8,322 nt of DNA from Octopus sinensis. Lineage: Eukaryota. The notes beneath the pieces are model-generated. The model saw only the letters and a list, made by a program, of their open reading frames with translations. It made no database searches and was not told where the DNA came from. A program made the position numbers and the translations under genes. Shown one piece after another: positions 1 through 6,945 of the stretch. Within the stretch, counting starts at the first letter, position 1. Each line of letters opens with the position of its first letter. The stretch covers positions 1-8,322 of the forward strand of contig NW_021828460.1 of assembly GCF_006345805.1 (NCBI RefSeq), written 5' to 3'.

Positions 1-104
1 TGAAGGCAAAGTCGACTCGGCGGATTTCGAACTCAGAACGTAAGGCCGGATGAAATGCTGATAAGTGTTTTATCCGGCATAGTAACGATTATTCCAGCTC
101 GCCG
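1..104 (-). mobile_element. tRNA-derived SINE, family A, 5' head (runs off the window edge)
   Basis: The reverse complement aligns (roughly 70% by eye) with the head of the full copy at 6246-6475. B-box GAGTTCGAAATCC lies at 22-34 on the minus strand, followed by the core GTCGACTTTGCCTT. Confidence 0.85.
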
Positions 105-105
105 C

Positions 106-121
106 AATAATAATAATAATA

Positions 122-168
<47 letters not shown>
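106..168. repeat. Compound microsatellite (AAT)6(GAT)15
   Basis: Read directly from the sequence; explains the poly-S/L ORF at 33..236. Confidence 0.98.
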
Positions 169-279
169 AGTGTTTTCTTTAATAACCAATAAGGGCCCAT
201 AAAAACAAACATTGGGGACGGTTCAGAAAAATACAATGTGGGCTACATAAAGATGCATGAGAAAGAGAACAGCAATAAA

Positions 280-1158
280 ATAAATTCCAACAAAAGAGGG
301 AGACTTCTCAGGACTACTCGAAGAAACCCCATAAAACTATGGTCGTCCTGACCCCTAGGGGGAAGTGCCCTCTTCTCATCGTCTTCCTTCAATCTACAGG
401 CGCATGCTTGGATTTGGTCCGTTCACTCAGACCGTTCTTCCCACATACACCCATCTTTCAACAAAATTGCTGGGAAACAGCACTTTTTTCTCCACTTTCA
501 CTTTCCTTTTCAAGTGAAACTTGAAAAAATCTTGACGAGGGTTTGGCCAACTACGAAAGTATCTGATTTCAGCTCTTTCAATCTGGTTCGTCACACAGCT
601 TCTTTCGCTAAAGCCACCAGACAAACACTGCCTGCTCTCCCCGGCCAAAGGAAGGCGGTGGGACGATCTTCAGAATGGACGCAGCCGATCCACCTTACAC
701 TTCACTGCAGGTGTTCGACTCAAACCCACAAATCGAACACCTATTATCACTAGAAGTGCGCTTGCAGAACGGTTACGTCACTCTGTGCTTATCTCGGGTA
801 GGCACGTCTGACAAGCGCTTCCATGACTGAAGACTTTATCTCGAACAGAGAGCCAGCACTACTAAGCTAAAGATTTCTGGAAATTATCTTTCGGCCCCGG
901 TAGGAAAGTCCTCTGGAACAGAACAGCCAGTTGATGCCCAGAGTCTACCCCAAGAAAATCGTCGCTCTTGCCCGCCTCTAAACCTCTTTAGAACGTCTTT
1001 GCTCGACTGCCAGAGGATTGTGAGCGCCAGACAGGTGCCAGGTGCCCTGCTTCTGTCTACGTTTGATCCAGGATTGTGACTCTTTCTAAGAAACGAGCTG
1101 TAGAAAAGCGAATCTGACAAACAGCAATTACACCTGCTCACCGCAAAAGAAACGTTGG
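280..1158. other. Unassigned high-complexity, GC/CpG-richer block (possible exon/UTR, structured RNA or decayed TE)
   Basis: No simple repeats and no match elsewhere in the window. Frame +1 is open 352-750; frame +3 612-1076 has one internal stop (828-830). No protein family recognised. Confidence 0.3.
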
Positions 1159-1224
<66 letters not shown>

Positions 1225-1235
1225 GGTGGTGGTGA

Positions 1236-1275
<40 letters not shown>

Positions 1276-1288
1276 TAGTGTAGTAGTA
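1159..1288. repeat. Compound microsatellite (GTA)n/(GTG)n
   Basis: Read directly; source of the poly-V and poly-Y/H ORFs. Confidence 0.98.
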
Positions 1289-1358
1289 AATTACAATCAG
1301 CGAGAGGTCTATAATTGGCAAAATGACCCTCCCCAAATACTTAGATACGCATGCAGCA

Positions 1359-1392
1359 ACGCGCGCGCACACACAAACGCGCACACACGCAC
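1359..1392. repeat. (CG)n/(CA)n alternating purine-pyrimidine tract
   Basis: ACGCGCGCGCACACACAAACGCGCACACACGCAC. Confidence 0.85.
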
Positions 1393-1579
1393 CCCTCTCA
1401 TAGTTATCAATAAAAGCATTATTGCAATGTATTCATTCACCGATAATGAATTAAGCTACTGTAATTCGAAAATTAACAAATACATGTTTCAACACACGAT
1501 TTCACATCAGGAATCTTGTAAAACATAAGAATTAACTAAGAAAAAACAAATCGAATATTTGTTAGTGGCAAAAAGCGAA

Positions 1580-1739
1580 ATTTAAACTGGAAAAAAGAAA
1601 GACATGAATATTAGTGAATGAGGGGAGTAGAAGAAGTTGAGGAGATAAAGGAAAAAAAACTAGCGAAGAAGAATGAGAAGGAAATGAGTGAGTGACGATA
1701 GAGAACGAGAAAGATAGAGTGGAAGGAGAAAAAGAGAGT

Positions 1740-1819
<80 letters not shown>

Positions 1820-2680
1820 GACAGAGACAGAGGGGGAGAGAGACGAGAATGAAAGTGAGGGAGTGAGAGAGACGGAAGAGAAAGTGAGAATGAGTGAGAG
1901 AGACAGACTAGGGAATGTGAGAGAGACGTGAAAGAGGGAAAGAGAATGAGTGACATGAGGGAAAGTGTGAGAACGAAAAAGTCAGAAAGAAATAGAGACA
2001 GAGGAGGAGAGCCAGAGAGTCAGAGTAAAAGAAAGAAAAAAGAAAGAAAGAAAGAAAGACAAAAGAGAGAGAAAAATTGTGCGATGCAGCAAGGAGGGGA
2101 GGGTACAGATAAGGATACGACAGAGGGGGAGAGATGGAGGATATGGAAGAAGCAGACGATAAAAAGGAAACGATAAAGTAAATAAGTAGAAGTGAGAGGA
2201 AGAGTGAAAGTGTGAGATGGTTAGTGATGAGAGTGATGGTAGAAGTGGTTGTTATGCTTATTGTGATGGTGATGGTGGTGGTGGTTTGGTTGTAGCGGTG
2301 GTGGCGGCGACGTTGGAGTCGGAAAAGAAAACGTAGAAACGAGACGAGAGAGGGAGAGAAGAGGATGAGAAAAAGGAAGTGGAGGTCATTGAAGAACAGA
2401 CGTACGTGAGGAAAAAATAGATAAATAAAGAGTGAGAGGTAGTAGGAGGAAAGGGAGAGAGAGAGAGAGATTGAAGAGAGAAAGAGTGAGAGAGTATGAA
2501 TGCAAAGTGACGGTGCGGTGGTAGAAGAGTAGCAGTAGGAGGAGGAAAGGCTGTGTCAAGTTATGTGGGAAGGACAGCGGCGAAAAAAGAAGTCAGAGAG
2601 AAAGGTGCAAATGAAGGATGGTCAGAGTAAGTAAATATAGAAGAAGAGGGAGGGAGGAAGGGGAGGAAGTAAATGAAAAC
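1580..2680. repeat. Purine-rich low-complexity region with (AG)n core 1743-1809, (GGT)-rich patch ~2262-2310 and (GA)n ~2452-2471
   Basis: The plus strand is overwhelmingly A/G; explains the RE/SL-repeat ORFs at 1660-2176. Confidence 0.92.
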
Positions 2681-2708
2681 TCTAACTATAATACCCGTAA
2701 AAAGACCC

Positions 2709-2739
2709 CACCATCACCACCACAACACCACTCTGACTT

Positions 2740-2770
<31 letters not shown>

Positions 2771-2781
2771 GCTGCTGCTGC
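2709..2781. repeat. Compound microsatellite (CAC)-like, (ACT)10, (GCT)3
   Basis: Read directly; (ACT)10 spans 2741-2770. Confidence 0.95.
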
Positions 2782-2835
2782 AAGGGGAAGACGCAGAGGG
2801 TCAAGAGAATGACCGCAAAAGGAGTTGAAATATAT

Positions 2836-3223
2836 ACTCTTTACTTGTTTCAGTCATTTGACTGCAACCATGCTGGAGCACCGCCTTTAGTCGAGCAAAT
2901 CGACCCCGGGACTTATTCTTTGTAAGCCTAATACTTATTCTATCGGTCTTTTTTTGCCGAACCACTAAGTGACGGGGACGTAAACACACCAGCAATGCTA
3001 GGGGGACAAACACAGACACACAAACACACACGCGCATATATATATATACACATATACGACGGGCTTCTTTCAGTTTCCGTCTACCAAATCCACTCACAAG
3101 GCTTTGGTCAGCCTGAAGCTATAGTAGAAGACACTTGCCCAAGGTGCTATGCAGTGGGACTGAACCCGGAACCATGTGGTTGGTAAGCAAGCTACTTACC
3201 ACACAGCCACTCCTGCGCCTATA
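2836..3223 (-). mobile_element. tRNA-derived SINE, family B, near full length with internal CA/TA microsatellite
   Basis: Minus-strand A-box-like TGGCTGTGTGGTAAG (3195-3209) and B-box GGGTTCAGTCCC (3156-3167). Colinear with the copy at 3401-3844. Confidence 0.9.
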
Positions 3224-3400
3224 CCTTGACGGGTTTTTTAGCAGAGCAAAACCGATGCAATACTTTAAGTCTGGTACTTCACTTATGGTAACAGTCGGTC
3301 ATTTTTGCCGTGATGCTATTACGGGGACGTAAACAAACTGACAACTGTTGACAAGAGGTGGTGGTGGACAAACACAATTACACACACACACACACACCAC
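3224..3400 (-). mobile_element. Diverged family B SINE, 3' half (up to the internal CA repeat)
   Basis: Degenerate matches to 3458-3650 (CCTTGACGGGTTTTTTAG, TTTTTGCCG, TTACGGGGACGTAAACA, GGACAAACAC, then (CA)n). Confidence 0.75.
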
Positions 3401-3623
3401 ATTCTTTTATTCTTTTACTTGTTTCAGTCATTTGACTGCGGCCATACTGGAGCACCGCCTTGAAGGATTTTAGTCGAACAAATCGTCCCCAGGACTTCTT
3501 TTGTTTCCTTTAAAGCCTAGTACTTATTGTGTCGGATCTCTTTTGTTGGACTGTTAAGTTACGGAGACGTAAACACACCAACACTGGTTATCAAGCGTTA
3601 ATGAGGTTCAAACGTAATCACAA

Positions 3624-3663
<40 letters not shown>

Positions 3664-3844
3664 ACACACATATATATATATAATACGACGGGTTTCTTTC
3701 AGTTTCCGTTTACCAAATCCACTCACAAGGATTTTGTCAGGCCGAGGCTATAGTAGAAGACACTTGTCCAAGGTGCCATGCAGTGGGACTGAACCTGGAA
3801 CCATGTTGTTGGGAAGCAACCTTCGTACCACACAGTCACACCTG
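3401..3844 (-). mobile_element. tRNA-derived SINE, family B, full length
   Basis: Colinear with 2836-3223 from the tail TCTTTTACTTGTTTCAGTCATTTGACTGC to the head CCACACAGTCACACCTG; internal (CA)n(TA)n ~3630-3683. Confidence 0.9.
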
Positions 3845-4005
3845 GCTTCTTTTTAGTTTCCGTCAACCAAATCCGCTCAAGATGATCTGGTCGACCCGGA
3901 ACTATAGTGGATGTCACTTACTCAATATGCGGTGAAGTGGGATTGAACCCAAGACGACATAGTTGTGAAGCAAGCTTTTTTACCACGAATCCACGCCTGT
4001 GCGCC
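3845..4005 (-). mobile_element. Diverged family B SINE, 5' half including tRNA head
   Basis: Degenerate match to 3062-3220 (GCTTCTTTTTAGTTTCCGTCAACCAAATCC ... GTGGGATTGAACCC ... TTACCAC ... GTGCGCC). Confidence 0.8.
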
Positions 4006-4050
4006 ACGACGACGACGACCACAACCACCACCAACAACAACAACAATAAC
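4006..4050. repeat. Compound (GAC)n/(CAA)n microsatellite
   Basis: Read directly. Confidence 0.9.
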
Positions 4051-4331
4051 ACATAAAGTACAAATTCACGAAGGAGTCTTTAGAGCAGAAATGGATAAAC
4101 TGCGACCCGCGGGACTTCTTGAATGGCATGTCTAACGAAAAATTACCTTGAATTTTTTTTTAGTAGATTCGGTCCGCCTGATGATGAGTCTAGTATCAAG
4201 CGCCCCGCATCTCGAAAATCGTTACCTATAACTACTTTAGGCGGTCGTTCGACATGCTAGAAATAGTAGCCAAATTATTCTCAAATTGCATGTAAATATC
4301 TTTAAATATGAAGTACATATTGAATAATGTA

Positions 4332-4383
4332 GCATGCCATGCTTTTGACAAAATCAATTCCTTCTATGGTTTGTGTTTTCGTG
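4332..4383 (-). mobile_element. 52-bp antisense fragment of the RLE retrotransposon at 5683-6884
   Basis: Matches the reverse complement of 5819-5870 at 50/52 positions; both encode TKTQTIEGIDFVK. Confidence 0.92.
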
Positions 4384-4405
4384 AAGTTTGGTGGAGTAAT
4401 AATCC

Positions 4406-4568
4406 TTTCTGCTAAAGGCTCAAGGCCCTGAAATTTTGGGAAGGGGACTAGTCGATAACATCGACCCCAGCGCTTCACTAGTAATTGATTTATCGACACC
4501 GAAGGGATGTTCGGCAAAGTCGACCTCGGTGGAATTTGAACTCAGAACGTATAGAGGGATAGAATACC
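4406..4568 (-). mobile_element. Family A SINE with an alternative 3' tail, truncated within the tRNA head
   Basis: The core TCGATAACATCGACCCCAG...GGCAAAGTCGACCTCGGTGGAATTTGAACTCAGAACG matches the reverse complement of ~6310-6412. B-box retained (4531-4543), A-box missing; tail differs from 6415-6475. Confidence 0.85.
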
Positions 4569-4632
4569 TATTTCTATTTCTTTACTACCCACAAGGGGCT
4601 AAACACAGGGAGGACAAACCAGGAAAACAAAA
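4569..4632 (-). mobile_element. Family A SINE 3' tail fragment
   Basis: TATTTCTTTACTACCCACAAGGGGCTAAACACAGGGAGGACAAAC matches the reverse complement of 6421-6477; cut off by the (CATA)n array. Confidence 0.85.
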
Positions 4633-4704
4633 CATACATAACATACATACATACATACATACAACATACATACATACATACATACATACGTACGTACATG
4701 CATA
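4633..4704. repeat. (CATA)n array with CGTA/CATG variants at the right end
   Basis: Read directly. Confidence 0.97.
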
Positions 4705-5138
4705 TACCTCAATAAAATGTATGCACAACAGATCTGATATGATGTTTTGGGATAGAGAAAAGAAACTGTGCACAGTTGTGGAAATTAGCTGCCTAGCGGA
4801 TGTTAACGTAAAGCTGAAGTTCAGTGAAAAAGAGAACACCTATGCTGAACTATTGAGAAATCTGCAGTTACTTTATCCAGATTACAAGTTCAGGTTTATA
4901 CCTGTAATTATTGGAGCCCTGGGATATATAATACACTGCTTAAATGCCAATCTTGAGTAATTAGGCTTCTCAACACCAGGAAGGAAAATGTTAATTCGAA
5001 GACTATAGATCCAATCCATCACCGGAACTGCAAAAGTCTGTAAGACTTTCCAGAAGTTTATCATTTAAATATATATGAGCATGTCTAGATATGTAACTAT
5101 ATGAATGAGAATACATATATAAAACGTACAAATCTGCA
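4705..5138 (+). mobile_element. 5'-truncated non-LTR retrotransposon, copy A: C-terminal restriction-like endonuclease plus start of 3' UTR; decayed
   Basis: Frame +2 reads HNRSDMMFWDREKKLCTVVEISCLADVNVKLKFSEKENTYAELLRNLQLLYPDYKFRFIPVIIGALG...LE*LGF...LIRRL*IQSITGTAKVCKTFQKFII*, with premature stops at 4958 and 5006 and the likely natural stop at 5066-5068. The HN(R/K)PD...E(I/L)SC...EK..Y...GALG pattern is typical of R4/Dong-like RLE domains (family knowledge; clade not determinable without the RT). Confidence 0.85.
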
Positions 5139-5274
5139 CATACATACATACATACATACATACATACATACATACATACATACATACATACATACATACA
5201 CATACATACATACATACATACATACACACATACATACATACATACGTACATACATACATACGTACGTACGTACA
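5139..5274. repeat. (CATA)n array ending in (CGTA)n variants
   Basis: Read directly; source of the YIHT/MYVC ORFs. Confidence 0.98.
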
Positions 5275-5276
5275 AA

Positions 5277-5387
5277 CAAAATTACCCTGTTGTTGATGTT
5301 GAAATTCCAAAGAAGGAACCTTGGATCTAGGTTAGAAACCGGTTCTTTCTCTCTTGGCGAGAAATCTTAACATAAACTGAATAATGA
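5277..5387 (+). repeat. ~110-bp unit 1, probably a retroelement 3' terminal segment
   Basis: About 80-85% identical by eye to 5412-5520; ends ...AATAATGA and is followed by degenerate CATA repeats (5388-5411). Confidence 0.75.
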
Positions 5388-5411
5388 CATTCATACATAT
5401 ATACATATATA

Positions 5412-5520
5412 CAAAAATACCCTGTTGTTGCTGAAATTCCAATTAAGGAGCCTTGGGTCTAGGTTAGAAACCCACTCTTTCTCTATTAGCAAGAAATCTT
5501 GAAATAAAACTAAATAATGA
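5412..5520 (+). repeat. ~110-bp unit 2, direct repeat of 5277-5387
   Basis: Shares TACCCTGTTGTTG, GAAATTCCAA, CCTTGG-TCTAGGTTAGAAACC, TCTTTCTCT, GAAATCTT and AATAATGA|CAT with unit 1. Confidence 0.8.
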
Positions 5521-5682
5521 CATACATACATACATACATACATACATACATACATACATGCATGCATACATACATACATACATACATACATACATACATA
5601 CATACATGCATACATGCATACATACATACATACATACATACATACATACATACATACATACATACATACATACATACATACA
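5521..5682. repeat. (CATA)~40 array with a few CATG variants
   Basis: Read directly. Confidence 0.98.
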
Positions 5683-6884
5683 ACTTGAGGAAAGGTTTAA
5701 AATGAGATCTGTGACAGATCTCTTCCTAAGGAGTATTGGTAAGATCTGTTTATCAGAAGAATAAAATAAAAAAAAGAAATAATCTAATTCATTGAGAATG
5801 TAGTAGATGGGTACTTGGCACGAAAACACAAACCATAGAAGGAATTGATTTTGTCAAAGGCTTGGCATGCAGTATCGACAAATTTATGACATACTACTTC
5901 GAAGGTTATATGCATGCAATTCAAGACACAGAGATTCCCACCAAGTAACTACAGCCTAAAAGGCAGAAATCATTGATAGATAACAAATGTAGGCTGTACT
6001 TAACCAAAACTGTAGACACCAAGAACATTATTACCAGCTGCGAGAAAATGCCTTCTAGATATTATCTTTCCTATGAGGTATGATGCGATGGCCAGAACAG
6101 TCTGGAATAGGATAGCAAATAAAGAAAACACCTACGGACCTAGCTGACTATATTGAGACCGATGTGTGAAAAAGAATATTAGTGGAACTTAAAAATCAAA
6201 ACTGTCACCAAGTTAAAACACAACCGGTCAGATATTGTTATGTCGAAGACGGCCAGCTGGCAGAAACGTTAGCACGCCGGGCGAAATGCTTAGCGGTGTT
6301 TCGTCCGCCGCTGCATTCTGGGTTCAAATTCCGCCGAGGTCGACTTTGCCTTTCATCCTTTCGGGGTCGATAAATTAAGTACCAGTTACGCACTGGGGTC
6401 GATGTAATCGACTTCATCCGTTTGTCTGTCTTGTTTGTCCCCTCTATGTTTAGCCCCTTGTGGGTAATAAAGAAACAGATATTGTTACGTCGGACCACAG
6501 GGAAAGAATATCGTTTGTTGTGGAATTAAGCTGCACTCTGGCGGCCAATGTGGTTAGAAAAATACAAGAGAAAGAAGGAATCTATGTACCACTGATAAAG
6601 AGTTTCCAAATACACTTTCAGCTTAATATCTGTTACTATTGGACAATAGGATGCATACCAACCCGTCTGGTGCGAAGTATGGCTGAGCTTGGGTTTTTGG
6701 AGAGAGAACGCAAACCCTTAATTCGTAGTCTACAAATGATTACGATATTTGGGACTATAAAAATCTGCAAGACCTTAAGTTTGCAGGGATGATGAACAAA
6801 ACAAAATGCTATCCTTCACAATCTTGTGCCCAAGTAAACAGGTGGCCGGTTAAAATTTATTCTAAATTAAAAAGAGAAAGAGAA
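5683..6884 (+). mobile_element. 5'-truncated non-LTR retrotransposon, copy B: post-RT region, CCHC knuckle, RLE domain and 3' UTR; pseudogenised and interrupted by a SINE
   Basis: From 5820: QTIEGIDFVKGLACSIDKFMTYYFEGYMHAIQDTEIPTK*...NKCRLYLTKTVDTKNIITSCEKMPSRYYL; frameshift near 6069 to PMRYDAMARTVWN; then EY*WNLKIKTVTKLKHNRSDIV. After the SINE: DHRERISFVVELSC...EKEGIY...LGFLERERKPLIRSLQMITIFGTIKICKTL, stop 6790-6792. EGxxxAIQ, CRxC...H..xC and RHD-like motifs are characteristic of RLE-type elements. Confidence 0.88.
6246..6475 (+). mobile_element. Full-length tRNA-derived SINE, family A, with 17-bp target site duplication
   Basis: A-box-like TGGCAGAAACGTT (6258-6270), B-box GGTTCAAATTCC (6321-6332). 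TSD CAGATATTGTTA(T/C)GTCG at 6229-6245 and 6476-6492, 16/17 identical. Confidence 0.95.
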
Positions 6885-6945
6885 CATACATACATACATA
6901 CATACATACATACATACATACATACATACATACATACATACATAC
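6885..6945. repeat. Perfect (CATA)15 array
   Basis: Read directly. Confidence 0.98.

Noticed and set aside
612-1079. RTE-type APE endonuclease remnant in frame +3
   Set aside because: Only faint spacing resemblance; the diagnostic GDFNA and SDH motifs are absent. Kept only as part of the unexplained block.
33-2812. ORFs with poly-S/L, poly-Y/H, poly-V, RE/SL and poly-T/A tracts
   Set aside because: They are translations of microsatellites and purine-rich low-complexity DNA with no domain-like sequence.
4089-4123. ATGGATAAACTGCGACCCGCGGG resembling a hAT/Charlie terminus
   Set aside because: The resemblance is from memory and short; no partner inverted repeat or 8-bp TSD was found.
4436-4960. 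174-aa ORF as an intact gene
   Set aside because: It is a chimera: antisense SINE, then microsatellite, then the RLE fragment. Only the part after 4705 is meaningful, and it ends at a premature stop.
5277-5520. Direct repeats as a CRISPR array or LTR pair
   Set aside because: Only two ~110-bp units separated by microsatellite, in a eukaryotic context, with no TG...CA ends, PBS or PPT.
4633-5682. A-to-G variants in CATA arrays as fixed ADAR editing footprints
   Set aside because: Other transitions (CACA, TATA) also occur, and slippage can multiply a single mutation, so no editing signal can be separated out.
5003-5829. Multiple overlapping YIHT/MYVC-repeat ORFs, superficially Cys/His-rich
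   Set aside because: (CATA)n has no stop codon in any frame on either strand, so these ORFs are artefacts.
6246-6335. SINE heads as tRNA genes
   Set aside because: Only A/B boxes remain; no cloverleaf, and each continues into SINE body sequence.
6460-6792. 110-aa ORF as a standalone gene
   Set aside because: The start lies in the SINE tail; the rest is the C-terminus of retrotransposon copy B.
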